41,931 nucleotides of DNA, from the NCBI GenBank assembly GCA_938091905.1, contig CALKOM010000080.1, forward strand, positions 1 to 41,931. Reading direction: 5' to 3'. The notes under the pieces are model-generated. The model was not told the origin of the DNA, did not search any database, and saw only the letters and a program-made list of their open reading frames with translations. The position numbers were made by a program, and so were the translations under genes. Positions 9,846 to 19,652 of this stretch are shown piece by piece; position 1 is the stretch's first letter, and each line of letters starts with the position of its first letter. Origin of the DNA: an uncultured Verrucomicrobiales bacterium. Lineage in GTDB: Bacteria > Verrucomicrobiota > Verrucomicrobiia > Verrucomicrobiales > DEV007.

Positions 9846-10955
9846 CTAGTAAGTCTCCACGGGTGAGCGCTTGCCGTCTTCAACGCTGAGAATCTTGGCC
9901 TTCTCTTCTCCTAACGTGTCCACACGGAGATCCCAGATCTCTTTGTTAATCGCCTCGAAAGCTTCCATACTAAACTTCGTGGGAGCGACAATGCGCGCCT
10001 TCAATCGCTCGATACGGGCGCGGGCATCATCGAGGACCAGCTCTGGCAACTTCGCCAAGTGAAGCTTGGCTTCCTCGACCATTTCCACCCGATGACAGAT
10101 CATGGCCATGTCATTGCCAGCGAGGATGCACTCTTTGATCACATCTTCAAAACCAACTTCATTGAGAATAGCGCCCATGTCGAGGTCGTCTGTCATGACA
10201 AGACCGTTGTCATACCCCAATTGATTGCGTAGCACTCCTGTAATGAGATTCTTAGACAGGGACGCAGGCCAGCGTGGGCGATCTCCATCGAACGCTGGGT
10301 AATGAGAATGACAGACCATAACACTGTCTAAATCTGGGAGCATCGCCCGATAAGGAGCGAACTCTTCCTCTTCTAGCTCCTCGACCGTGCGGTTGATTAC
10401 CGGCAATTCATGATGCGCGTCACAATCCGCATTCGCATAGCCCGGGTAGTGCTTTCCGCAACTGAGAATGCCTTGCTTGCGCATGGCGTGATTGAACGTC
10501 GCCGCCTTCTCAATCACTTCATTTACTGAGGTGCCGTAACACCTGCCCATGAGCGAATTGTCTGCGGTGTCATCATGCGACACGTCCAGCACGGGACATA
10601 GATCGAGGTTGAATCCAAAGAGGCGGAGAATTTGCCCAGTCAACCGACCATGCCGCTTGATCAGACCAAGGTCGTTCTTCTTGCGGAGGGCCTCCGCATT
10701 GGGGGGTTCCTGGCCAATAAGACGTAAACGAGACACACGACCACCCTCTTGATCGATAGTTAGGATCGGCTCGATGTCACTAAGGTCACGGAGATCATCC
10801 ATGAGCTTACGTAGCTGCACGGGAGACTTGATATTGCGCCCAAAGATGATGAATCCGCCAGGCTGCAACGCTTTGAGACGCCTAGCAGTATCCGCATCCA
10901 GTTCCGCGCCGGGGATTCCCATGAGGAGAAGTTGACCCAAATACTTATCTTCCAT
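9846..10955 (-). CDS. nagZ: GH3 beta-N-acetylhexosaminidase
   Basis: IDQEGGRVSRL, KHYPG....DAH acid/base loop, MTDDLDMGA nucleophile; single domain with no signal peptide. Confidence 0.88.
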   Translation of the reverse strand: MEDKYLGQLLLMGIPGAELDADTARRLKALQPGGFIIFGRNIKSPVQLRKLMDDLRDLSDIEPILTIDQEGGRVSRLRLIGQEPPNAEALRKKNDLGLIKRHGRLTGQILRLFGFNLDLCPVLDVSHDDTADNSLMGRCYGTSVNEVIEKAATFNHAMRKQGILSCGKHYPGYANADCDAHHELPVINRTVEELEEEEFAPYRAMLPDLDSVMVCHSHYPAFDGDRPRWPASLSKNLITGVLRNQLGYDNGLVMTDDLDMGAILNEVGFEDVIKECILAGNDMAMICHRVEMVEEAKLHLAKLPELVLDDARARIERLKARIVAPTKFSMEAFEAINKEIWDLRVDTLGEEKAKILSVEDGKRSPVETY

Positions 10956-10963
10956 AAGCTTCG

Positions 10964-10971
10964 GGTATAAC
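10964..10971. promoter_or_regulatory. Candidate overlapping bidirectional -10 element between nagZ and namZ
   Basis: GGTATAAC gives TATAAC on + and TATACC on -, within a divergent gap of only 17-26 bp. Confidence 0.35.
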
Positions 10972-10972
10972 C

Positions 10973-12241
10973 GTGTCCTCAGTGAAACTCAAAAGCTTTC
11001 TTGCCACTCTCACTCTCCTCTTCGGTTTAGCGTCGTGCGTGCCGCGACAGCATCCCAATCCGGGTCAGCAACCTTCTACCCCTGTTCAAGGTGGGCCGTT
11101 CATGCTGGGAATCGATGTCCTTGAGTCCCAAGGATTCCAACTACTTGCCGGAAGACGCGTTGGACTCATCACCAATCACACGAGCTACAACAGCCGAGGC
11201 GTCCGAACACGCTCGGTCTTGCAGCGCGCAAGGAACGTCAATCTCGTCGCCCTCTATGCTCCTGAGCACGGTATTGAGGGAACTGCGCCGGCAGGCAAGT
11301 ACATCGCCACACGTCGAGACTCCATCACCGGCCTGACAGTACATTCTCTCTACGGCGTGACCCGTAAGCCGAGCCCGGCCCAGCTCGCTGGCATCGACAT
11401 GATGGTATTCGAAATGCAAGACATCGGCGTGCGCAGCTACACTTACATCAGCACCATGGTACGCGCCATGGAGGCTTGCGGTGAACGCGGCATCCCGTTC
11501 GTCGTGTTGGATCGCCCCAATCCCATGGGTGGGCAAGGCGTCTTCGGACCTCCACTAGAAAAACAGTGGGAATCCTTTGTTGGACAAATTCCTGTGCCCT
11601 ACGTGCATGGCATGACGATCGGTGAGCTCGCTATCATGACGAATGCCAAGGGTTGGCTGGCACGGCGGCCACAGCTCCATGTGGTCAAGATGCGCGGCTG
11701 GACTCGCGGCATGCTCTGGGACAACACAAGACTTCGTTGGCATCCAACCTCTCCTAACATTCCCAAACCCACTTCCCCGTTCTTCTATGCCATGACCGGC
11801 ATGCTCGGCGGGCTCATGCCAGTCGATATCGGGATCGGGACGAAGGACGCCTTCGAATTCGCCGCTGGCCAAGGCGTGGATCCGCACGAATTCTCTCAGG
11901 CCATGTCACGCTACGGCTTCCCTGGCACCACCTTTCAGCCCTATGTCAGCAGCACACGTCCAGGCAGAAATGGCAGCCGGATTCTCTATAATCCCCGCTC
12001 GGGTGCAGACCCGGTGGCCATCGATGTCGCCTGCACTTTAGAGTTGCATCGACGGGTTCCTGGGGGACTCTTATCCCGCGTTTCGGCTTCTGGCCTGAGC
12101 CTATTCAACAAGGTCTACGGCAGTGATCGACTTGAGCAGGCGATGAGACGAGGGGGCAATCCTCAACAACTCATCGACTCCTGGCGCTCTTCCAACGAGC
12201 GCTTCCGCCGGGATCGCCAACGCTACCTATTGTATCCTTAA
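10973..12241 (+). CDS. namZ: DUF1343 exo-beta-N-acetylmuramidase NamZ/YbbC family, lipoprotein (start may be GTG 10982)
   Basis: GLITNHT, APEHG, SLYG, QDIGVRSYTY, LDRPNP, HGMTIGE, PTSPNIP motifs; LASC lipobox. Confidence 0.9.
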   Translation: MSSVKLKSFLATLTLLFGLASCVPRQHPNPGQQPSTPVQGGPFMLGIDVLESQGFQLLAGRRVGLITNHTSYNSRGVRTRSVLQRARNVNLVALYAPEHGIEGTAPAGKYIATRRDSITGLTVHSLYGVTRKPSPAQLAGIDMMVFEMQDIGVRSYTYISTMVRAMEACGERGIPFVVLDRPNPMGGQGVFGPPLEKQWESFVGQIPVPYVHGMTIGELAIMTNAKGWLARRPQLHVVKMRGWTRGMLWDNTRLRWHPTSPNIPKPTSPFFYAMTGMLGGLMPVDIGIGTKDAFEFAAGQGVDPHEFSQAMSRYGFPGTTFQPYVSSTRPGRNGSRILYNPRSGADPVAIDVACTLELHRRVPGGLLSRVSASGLSLFNKVYGSDRLEQAMRRGGNPQQLIDSWRSSNERFRRDRQRYLLYP

Positions 12242-12246
12242 CTTTC

Positions 12247-12699
12247 ATGTCAACGACACCAAATCCCGGCGATCAAATCGTCGGCGCTGAACTCGCCCGT
12301 GCCTGCGGCCGCTTCGCCGATGAGAAGCAAGCTTCCGAGGTCACCATTCTCGATCTGCGCGGCCTTTCTCAGCTCTGTGACTTCTTCGTCATTTGCACGG
12401 CCGGATCCGAGCCCCATCTCAAGGCCATTCGCGAACACGCCCTAAAGAGTCTCACGGATCAGCATGCGGTAAAGACGAACCACCGCGACGGCGTGGCTGA
12501 AAGTCAGTGGATCGTGTTAGACTTTATCGACGTCATTGTTCACATCTTTCATCAAGATCGCCGTGAATTTTATGCTCTGGAGGATCTCTGGGCAGATGCA
12601 CCACGCCTCGACTGGAAGACCGGCGAAGTGCTAGAGAGCGCGGCGTCGACTCCCGCGGATGAGACAGAAATGGCAATGACTTTCGTCGAGAAAGACTAG
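12247..12699 (+). CDS. rsfS: Ribosome silencing factor
   Basis: DFFVICT, WIVLDFIDVIVHIF...REFYALEDLW signature. Confidence 0.95.
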   Translation: MSTTPNPGDQIVGAELARACGRFADEKQASEVTILDLRGLSQLCDFFVICTAGSEPHLKAIREHALKSLTDQHAVKTNHRDGVAESQWIVLDFIDVIVHIFHQDRREFYALEDLWADAPRLDWKTGEVLESAASTPADETEMAMTFVEKD

Positions 12700-12709
12700 C
12701 CACTGGTTC

Positions 12710-13948
12710 ATGCGCGTCGATCTGATCAATACTGGCACCGAACTCGTCCTCGGACGCACGGTGAATACGCATCTGAGTTATCTTGGTGAGGCTCTCTTTC
12801 TTGTGGGGTTGCGTATCCAACGTCAGATCTGCATTCCCGACGGCGACGTCATCGGAGAAGTGCTTAGCGAGCGTATGCCCCACTCGGACATCATCATCGT
12901 GACCGGCGGTCTCGGGCCGACCAGCGATGACATCACACGCGAATTGATTTCCGAAATGCTAGGGCTGGAACTGCATTTCAATGAGGCCGTGGCCGACAAT
13001 GTGAAGAGCTACTACGCGCTTCGCAGCCGCCCCTTCGGTGAAGGAGGCAAGCGCCAGTCCATGGTCCCGGCGGGTGCGATCGTCTTGCCTAACAGCCATG
13101 GCACAGCACCCGGCCTTTATCTTCCCAAGACAGAGAAGAATCCTCACCTCTTTCTCCTACCTGGACCGCCTCGCGAACTCTATCCGATGTTCGAAGACGA
13201 AACCCTTCCGCATCTACGCAAGATCGTGGGCCAGACCGACGTGGAGGCCAAGGAGTGGAAATTCTGTGGCATGGGAGAGACCGAGTTGGCAGAGAAATTA
13301 GAACCGTCTCTATCCAAGATCCCTAACTTGGAGATCGGCTATTGCGCCAAAACGATGGAAGTACATCTGCGCTGTGTGGGCAACGCGAATGCCCTATCAC
13401 AAGCAGACAGCATCGTTCGAGACAGCCTTCTTCACCAATTGGTCAGCAATGATCTCAAGCTTATCGAGGAGGTTGTGATTGAGCTACTCAAAGCAAAAGG
13501 CCAATGGATCACCTTCGCAGAATCCTGCACCGGCGGCTTGCTTGCCCATCGTCTCACCAACGTTTCCGGAGCCTCCTCAGTACTTGCGGAAGCCCATGTG
13601 ACTTACGCCAACGACGTGAAGACACGTTTGCTAGGCGTAAACTCCAAATCCATCGAAGCGCATGGTGTTGTTAGTAGTGAAGTCGTGACCCAGATGGCTG
13701 AAGGTGCCTTGAAAGTTTCCGGAGCAGATCACGCACTGGCCATCACGGGTATCGCGGGTCCCACCGGAGGTTCCGCTGAGAAACCTGTCGGTACCGTCTA
13801 TCTTGGTCTAGCCAGCAAGGACGCCGAAACTCACGCCGAGAAGTGCTTCTATCCAATCGACCGCGAAACTTTCAAATGGCGAACGACACAACGCGCCTTT
13901 GATATTCTACGCCGACGTTTGTTAGGCTATCCGCTTATCGAAGGTTAA
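12710..13948 (+). CDS. cinA: CinA (molybdopterin-binding-like domain + NMN deamidase PncC domain)
   Basis: GTELVLG, TGGLGPTSDDIT, LPGPPRE, AESCTGG, ITGIAGPTGG. Confidence 0.95.
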   Translation: MRVDLINTGTELVLGRTVNTHLSYLGEALFLVGLRIQRQICIPDGDVIGEVLSERMPHSDIIIVTGGLGPTSDDITRELISEMLGLELHFNEAVADNVKSYYALRSRPFGEGGKRQSMVPAGAIVLPNSHGTAPGLYLPKTEKNPHLFLLPGPPRELYPMFEDETLPHLRKIVGQTDVEAKEWKFCGMGETELAEKLEPSLSKIPNLEIGYCAKTMEVHLRCVGNANALSQADSIVRDSLLHQLVSNDLKLIEEVVIELLKAKGQWITFAESCTGGLLAHRLTNVSGASSVLAEAHVTYANDVKTRLLGVNSKSIEAHGVVSSEVVTQMAEGALKVSGADHALAITGIAGPTGGSAEKPVGTVYLGLASKDAETHAEKCFYPIDRETFKWRTTQRAFDILRRRLLGYPLIEG

Positions 13949-13949
13949 T

Positions 13950-13972
13950 GTAGCATGGGCTTCCAGCCCGTG
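13950..13972 (+). repeat. GTAG-type REP-like palindrome GTAGCATGGGCTTCCAGCCCGTG
   Basis: GTAG tetranucleotide followed by an imperfect palindrome, sitting between convergent genes; related copies at 9211-9257. Confidence 0.6.
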
Positions 13973-13992
13973 TATCGACCAAGGTAGCCGAT

Positions 13993-14871
13993 CTACTCTA
14001 CCGGTAGCCCACAATCAAGCCACAACCCAAGGTTTGCAACAGGCTCCCCCGGCCAGCCGGTTTCGCTACGCACGACACCTTGAAAACGAGTGGCGCCTTC
14101 GTCAGGAAACGGATGCTTGGGCATCTTGAATGTGTAACGCCCTTCCTTAAATTGACATTGATGCAATTCATTGGAAGCCGTCCAGCCATTCCAACTGTAG
14201 AAATAAAGCGCGTCTGGCTTCGGTAAGTCTTTTTGTTCCAGCCCTGTCCGTGGAGACAACGTCAATGTGAAAGACGTCGCCGTTTCCGCTACGTTCGCTT
14301 CCCACCCTTCGATGGCTTTTGGCAAGGCAGCTCGAGTATGGGCGAATCGCTCGTTCCAAGTGTCATCGGGGACGACTTCAGATCCCACCTGCAGCTTCAT
14401 CTCTAAATCCTCGAAGCCTGGCGTGCAGCGCTTCTGTGAACAGCACATGTAACCGACCTTTCCCGCAAGGCATACTGAGGAGGACGTTGCTAGATCTTTG
14501 GGAGGTGTGATCGTCGCCAGGAGCAGTGTGTCTTCGTGATAACCATAAGCGCCGTGCCCACGCATGTCGACTTGCTCCGGTGTGGGCCATTGAAGCGGAC
14601 CCGATTGAAACCCCTCTGGCAGGTCCCAAGTTACATTGGTGGCCACCCCAACGATCCCAGGAAACTTGTAGTAACTGTGATGGTGCGGCGCATGCTGAAG
14701 AAAGATTCCCACCGTGAACGGCTCACCCGGGACGATGGTCGTGATCTCCGAGACGAGTTGCAGGCGCACCGGGACGGGAAGAACCTCCTCTTCAGCAGCC
14801 TGCAGGGGTGCCATCACTCCAAGGCAGAGGAGCGAGATCCACCACTTGCGAATTGGGACCGAGGTCGTCAT
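13993..14871 (-). CDS. Secreted DsbD N-terminal-domain-like (thiol:disulfide interchange) protein
   Basis: H(S)YY.FPG..G.AT.V.W.LP.G, WPTP, YGY, CC...RC.PG cysteine motif; signal peptide. Confidence 0.75.
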   Translation of the reverse strand: MTTSVPIRKWWISLLCLGVMAPLQAAEEEVLPVPVRLQLVSEITTIVPGEPFTVGIFLQHAPHHHSYYKFPGIVGVATNVTWDLPEGFQSGPLQWPTPEQVDMRGHGAYGYHEDTLLLATITPPKDLATSSSVCLAGKVGYMCCSQKRCTPGFEDLEMKLQVGSEVVPDDTWNERFAHTRAALPKAIEGWEANVAETATSFTLTLSPRTGLEQKDLPKPDALYFYSWNGWTASNELHQCQFKEGRYTFKMPKHPFPDEGATRFQGVVRSETGWPGEPVANLGLWLDCGLPVE

Positions 14872-14911
14872 ACTGAACTAAACCGCAGCCTCTACCCCTT
14901 CGCAACTCAGC

Positions 14912-15199
14912 ATGAAATCCGCCTACGAACTCGCCATGGAACGCCTCCAGCCTGAGGGCCCCACCGTGACTCTGACAGACGAACAGCGGGCGCAGCTTGC
15001 CGAAGTAGATTCGCTCTACCAATCCAAGGTCGCCGAGAAAGAGGTCTTTCTCTCTGACCTCATCGCTAAGGCCATGGCCAAGACGGATTTCAACGAGGTC
15101 GTGCAGCTTGAGGAGCAGAAGCGCCGTGAGATCGCTCGCCTTGAGGAGAAACGCGAGGAGGAGAAGGAGAAGTTGCGCAAAAGCTGGGGTGCTTCTTGA
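14912..15199 (+). CDS. Small coiled-coil hypothetical protein
   Basis: MKSAYELAMERL start, E/K/R-rich helical composition, co-directional with and just upstream of lysS. Confidence 0.75.
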   Translation: MKSAYELAMERLQPEGPTVTLTDEQRAQLAEVDSLYQSKVAEKEVFLSDLIAKAMAKTDFNEVVQLEEQKRREIARLEEKREEEKEKLRKSWGAS

Positions 15200-15256
15200 G
15201 GCTCCGAAAGGCAGATTCTTCTTGGTAAGCGGGGGTAGAGATGCTTGAGGTGACCC

Positions 15257-16711
15257 ATGGAAGAAGGCGTTACCGAACAACAGCTCCTGCAGGTCCGGCG
15301 GGAGAAACTGCAAGCCCTCCGAGACCAAGGTGTCGATCCGTTTGGCGGAAAATTCGCCGTCACGCATGATCCTGGTCCCCTAAAGGCGAATTTCGAGGAA
15401 GCGATCGACGTTGTCCTCGCAGGTCGCATCGTCGCCAACCGCGACATGGGGAAGAGCCGCTTCTTCGACATTGCCGATGCCCACGGCCGCATCCAGTGTT
15501 TCCTCAATGCCAAGGGCGTAGGTGAGGATGCCTTCGCAATCTTCAATAACTTGGATCTTGGCGACTGGATTGGCGTCGAGGGCACGACGTTCATGACGAG
15601 GAAGGGCGAACCTTCCGTGCGCGTGGCGAAGTTCACCGTTCTCTCCAAGTCCTTGCGTCCTATGCCAGACAAGTTTCACGGCTTGTCTGACAAAGAGACA
15701 CGATACCGCCAGCGTTACCTCGATCTCATGTCAAATGAGGAAAGCCGCGATATCTTTATCAAGCGCATTGGCATGTTGTCGGAGATGCGTCGATTCCTCG
15801 AAGATCGTGGTTTCTTGGAAGTCGAAACACCCATGCTCCAACCTGTGGCTGGTGGTGCTGCCGCTGAACCATTCAAGACCCACCACAATGCCCTCGACAT
15901 GCCGCTCTTCATGCGTATCGCACCGGAGTTGTTTTTGAAGCGACTGTTAGTTGGAGGATTCACCAAGGTCTTTGAACTCAATCGTAACTTCCGCAACGAA
16001 GGCATCTCACGCCGACACAATCCGGAGTTCACTATGCTCGAAGCTTACTGGGCCTACGCCGATTTCGAGACCATGGCCAACCTGGTCGAAGAAATGGTCT
16101 GCCACTTGGCTGAGAAGTTCTGTGGTGGTTTGCAAATCGAACACAAGAACGAAGCCGGCGAACCCATTCGCACGATTAATCTCGCCCGACCATGGAAGCG
16201 CGCTGCCTACCGCGACCTCATTCGTGAGATCGATCCTGACTGGTTCAACCACACGCCAGAGAAGCGTCGCGAGCGATGCAAAGAACTCGGCGTCGAAATC
16301 TCCGAGGCGATGGAAGACCATGAGGTCACCCAGCAAGTTTTTGAGAAGCTCATCGAGGAGAAGACCTTCGATCCTTGCTACGTGACCCACGTTCCAAAAG
16401 AGCTCGTTCCCCTGGCCAAGCAGAACCGTGACGATGACAGTCTTGTCGATGTCTACGAACTCATCATCAACGGCCAAGAAATCTCTCCAGGGTATTCCGA
16501 GCTCAATGATCCCATTGTACAACGCGAACGCTTGTTAGATCAAGCCGGTGAAGAAACCCAAGACGTAGACGAGGAATTTATCACCGCACTCGAGCACGGC
16601 ATGCCACCTGCAGGCGGCATCGGCATCGGCATCGATCGCCTCGTCATGATGCTGACCGGCGCAGAGAACATCCGCGACGTCATCTTCTTCCCTCACATGC
16701 GGAAAGTGTGA
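15257..16711 (+). CDS. lysS: Lysine--tRNA ligase (class II)
   Basis: YRQRYLDL, GGAAAEPF.THHN, RIAPEL, FRNEG...HNPEFT.LE, GMPPAGG.GIGIDRL. Confidence 0.98.
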   Translation: MEEGVTEQQLLQVRREKLQALRDQGVDPFGGKFAVTHDPGPLKANFEEAIDVVLAGRIVANRDMGKSRFFDIADAHGRIQCFLNAKGVGEDAFAIFNNLDLGDWIGVEGTTFMTRKGEPSVRVAKFTVLSKSLRPMPDKFHGLSDKETRYRQRYLDLMSNEESRDIFIKRIGMLSEMRRFLEDRGFLEVETPMLQPVAGGAAAEPFKTHHNALDMPLFMRIAPELFLKRLLVGGFTKVFELNRNFRNEGISRRHNPEFTMLEAYWAYADFETMANLVEEMVCHLAEKFCGGLQIEHKNEAGEPIRTINLARPWKRAAYRDLIREIDPDWFNHTPEKRRERCKELGVEISEAMEDHEVTQQVFEKLIEEKTFDPCYVTHVPKELVPLAKQNRDDDSLVDVYELIINGQEISPGYSELNDPIVQRERLLDQAGEETQDVDEEFITALEHGMPPAGGIGIGIDRLVMMLTGAENIRDVIFFPHMRKV

Positions 16712-16784
16712 GTTGCGGGGCGCGTGCCCAACGTCACCTACCTGAGGCCTGAATGCTCACGCATCCAGCTGCGGAATTGCATCG

Positions 16785-18266
16785 CTAGAACTCAGGTGCT
16801 TCCACCTTCTGCTCCATCCCTGGCCGCGAATCTTCACCCCAGAAGAGTGCTTTCACATCGAATCCGGTGATGAAGAGCATGAAGCCCATGAGAAGGATGG
16901 CGCATCCTCCGTAGGAGATATCTAACAAACGTTTACTAAGTGGACGCTTTCGAATAGATTCGAGAATCGCCATGGTAATGTGACCACCATCCAACACAGG
17001 CAACGGCAAGAGGTTCATGATACCGAGGTTGATGTTCAGGATGACGCTAAACCAAAGCGCGCGACGCCAGCCATCTTTGTCTTCAAACAGCCGATAGTAG
17101 AGATTCATGATGCCCACTGGGCCACTGAGGTGCTTTGCGCTAATGTCAGATTTCGGTGAGAAAACAGCCCCTAGGGTATTGGCCATCGTCTTGAGTCCAT
17201 CCTTGATCTGTTCCATTGGTGTCGTGCGCACCAGCTCGGTGTCTCCCGTGAGATCCCAGGCAAGTCCAATCATCGGACGGTTGTTGGCCTCGTGAACCTT
17301 GTCACGGTTCGATGGATACGAAGGCGTGACCGTGATCGGCACCATCTTTCCCTCACGCTTGACCGTGATATTAAGCGGGGTGACACCAGATGCCCTAATG
17401 ATATCATTGATCTGCATCGGACTAGAAATCCTCGTCCCTTCGACTTCAACGATCGCATCGTTCTTCTGTATCCCAGCCTGAGCTGCAGGTCCTTTCGGCG
17501 TGACATCTCCAACGAAAGGAACGGATACCGGCTGCACGCCCATCATGTCAACCATGCGTAGTTCCGGACGTTTGAAGAAGCCACCAATAGCACCAGTGAT
17601 ACCTCCTGACTCTTTCGCGTCCTCCGCTTCACCTGGCTTCTCCGGTGCAGCAAGTTGAACAACGATCGGCTCGGCCGCACCCTCACGCTTTACTTTGAAA
17701 GGAATCGTGTCGCCACCGCTGCTGATGACATTCCAAACCACACTATCAACCATCCCACGCCAGGAGTCGACGTGCTTGCCATCCACCTCGATGACCTCAT
17801 CACCTACTTGCAGCTGCTCGGCACCAGCAACAGCCTTCTCTGAGATGTAACCAATCTCCGTTGTCATCGACGACGTGCTCTTGGGATATTTCACGCCCCA
17901 CACGAGAACCGCGAAAACGAAGGCGAGACCGAAACTGAAGATAGGTCCCGCAGCGGCCACGATGATCTTGTCCATCGGGGAAATCTTGGGAAGAGGTTCA
18001 CTGCTAGTGGAACCACCCTCGAGCATCTCCATGGGGTTCATTTGCGGTAGCGCCACGAACCCTCCCGCCGGAATCCAACCAAGCCCCCATTGGACGCCAT
18101 TGACTGTCTTCGACCAGATCGGCTTCCCAAACCAGATTTGAAATTTCTCGACCTTCAGTCCGCGCCAACGTGCTGCCCAGTAGTGTCCCAACTCGTGCAC
18201 CACGATGACAAAGTTAAAGAGGACGATGATCTCTAGAATGATCCCAATGACTGTAAGCGCTTGCAT
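16785..18266 (-). CDS. rseP: RIP (M50) zinc metalloprotease with PDZ domains
   Basis: HELGH, AAGP, two PDZ-like segments, SGPVGI, NLLPLPVLDGG; start at ATG 18266. Confidence 0.95.
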   Translation of the reverse strand: MQALTVIGIILEIIVLFNFVIVVHELGHYWAARWRGLKVEKFQIWFGKPIWSKTVNGVQWGLGWIPAGGFVALPQMNPMEMLEGGSTSSEPLPKISPMDKIIVAAAGPIFSFGLAFVFAVLVWGVKYPKSTSSMTTEIGYISEKAVAGAEQLQVGDEVIEVDGKHVDSWRGMVDSVVWNVISSGGDTIPFKVKREGAAEPIVVQLAAPEKPGEAEDAKESGGITGAIGGFFKRPELRMVDMMGVQPVSVPFVGDVTPKGPAAQAGIQKNDAIVEVEGTRISSPMQINDIIRASGVTPLNITVKREGKMVPITVTPSYPSNRDKVHEANNRPMIGLAWDLTGDTELVRTTPMEQIKDGLKTMANTLGAVFSPKSDISAKHLSGPVGIMNLYYRLFEDKDGWRRALWFSVILNINLGIMNLLPLPVLDGGHITMAILESIRKRPLSKRLLDISYGGCAILLMGFMLFITGFDVKALFWGEDSRPGMEQKVEAPEF

Positions 18267-18429
18267 AGGTGAGCGGACTATACCTGGAGGCATGAGGGCT
18301 GCAATCAAGGGTTGCACTAAGCGCCCCGCTCTAGGGAAATTCCCGTGGGACCCCGCTGGTCAGGTTCGTGAACTTACCCAAGAAATGATTCTCCAATTTC
18401 AGAAATCCACTTGCGCCCTCAAAAAAAAC

Positions 18430-18443
18430 TGCTCATTTGAACA
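18430..18443 (+). promoter_or_regulatory. Verrucomicrobia-type LexA (SOS) box
   Basis: TGCTC-ATTT-GAACA, one mismatch from the TGTTC-N4-GAACA Verrucomicrobia LexA motif, 15 bp upstream of the recA ATG. Confidence 0.75.
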
Positions 18444-18458
18444 GTAAACAGACTCATC

Positions 18459-19541
18459 ATGGCAAAGAAACCGAAAGACCAGAAGGCAGGCGACGGACGC
18501 TCGAAAAATCTCGATTTAGCAATTTCTCAGATTCAGAAGGATTTTGGCGAGGGCGCCATCATGCGGCTAGGCGACGCGCATCGGGTAGATGTGGACGTCA
18601 TACCCACAGGAAATCTCCTCATTGACCGGGCTCTCGGGGTCGGTGGATTCCCTCGCGGACGCATTGTTGAGGTCTACGGGCCGGAATCTTCGGGTAAAAC
18701 GACGCTCACACTGACAGCCATCGCCCAGGCACAGAAAGCAGGCGGCCTCGCAGGCTTCATCGATGTCGAGCACGCCCTCGACCCCGATTATTCTAGTCGG
18801 CTCGGCGTGAATCTCGATGATCTCCTCGTCTCACAGCCCAGTTCTGGTGAAGAGGCGCTGCGTATTTGTGAAACCTTGGTCCGCTCCAACGCGCTCGACG
18901 TCGTCGTACTCGACTCCGTCGCCGCTCTGGTCACGAAAGCGGAGCTCGAGGGTGAAATCGGAGACGCCACCGTGGGTGCTCAGGCACGCCTCATGAGTGC
19001 CGCGCTGCGGAAACTCACTAGTCTTATCTCTCGAGCCCGCACGACCTGCATCTTCACGAACCAGATTCGTGAAAAGATCGGTGTCATGTTCGGCAATCCC
19101 GAGACAACGCCGGGTGGCCGTGCTTTGAAATTCTATTCCAGTGTGCGCGTGGACATTCGCCGTATCGGCATGATCAAGAACACGGATGGTTCAGTCACCG
19201 GAAACCGCACGCGCTTGAAAGTCGTTAAGAACAAAGTCGCTCCACCGTTCACCGAAGCGGAGTTCGATATCATGTATAATGAAGGAATCTCCGCTGTAGG
19301 CTCTTTGTTAGATCTCGCGCTTGAGTACGAAGTTCTTCAGAAACGTGGCTCCTGGTTCAGTTACAATGGCACTCAACTCGCTCAAGGCCGCGATGCGGCT
19401 AAAGAAGCGCTCAAGGACGATGAGAAACTCTACAAAGAGATCGAGGAAATCGTGAAACAGAAGATGGATCCCGAGCGCTACGCCGATCTGGCCGCTGCCG
19501 ATGAGCCGCCAGCGGATGAAGAGCCACCCGCCAAAGCGTAA
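18459..19541 (+). CDS. recA: Recombinase A
   Basis: [49 protein letters not shown]. Confidence 0.99.
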   Translation: MAKKPKDQKAGDGRSKNLDLAISQIQKDFGEGAIMRLGDAHRVDVDVIPTGNLLIDRALGVGGFPRGRIVEVYGPESSGKTTLTLTAIAQAQKAGGLAGFIDVEHALDPDYSSRLGVNLDDLLVSQPSSGEEALRICETLVRSNALDVVVLDSVAALVTKAELEGEIGDATVGAQARLMSAALRKLTSLISRARTTCIFTNQIREKIGVMFGNPETTPGGRALKFYSSVRVDIRRIGMIKNTDGSVTGNRTRLKVVKNKVAPPFTEAEFDIMYNEGISAVGSLLDLALEYEVLQKRGSWFSYNGTQLAQGRDAAKEALKDDEKLYKEIEEIVKQKMDPERYADLAAADEPPADEEPPAKA

Positions 19542-19591
19542 GGTAACTCACATTACGTCAAGACAAGGCAAGAATTCTTACTTACAGGTAT

Positions 19592-19652
19592 TGCAAAGCG
19601 TCGCATTTCTCGGAAAGGCGGGGAGGCCTTTCAAGAGGTGCGGCGCTTTGCA
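19592..19652 (+). other. Long RNA hairpin downstream of recA (terminator/stability element or small RNA)
   Basis: 19-bp outer stem, fully paired on the + strand with 3 G:U pairs, plus an inner GAAAGGC/GCCTTTC stem. Confidence 0.6.
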
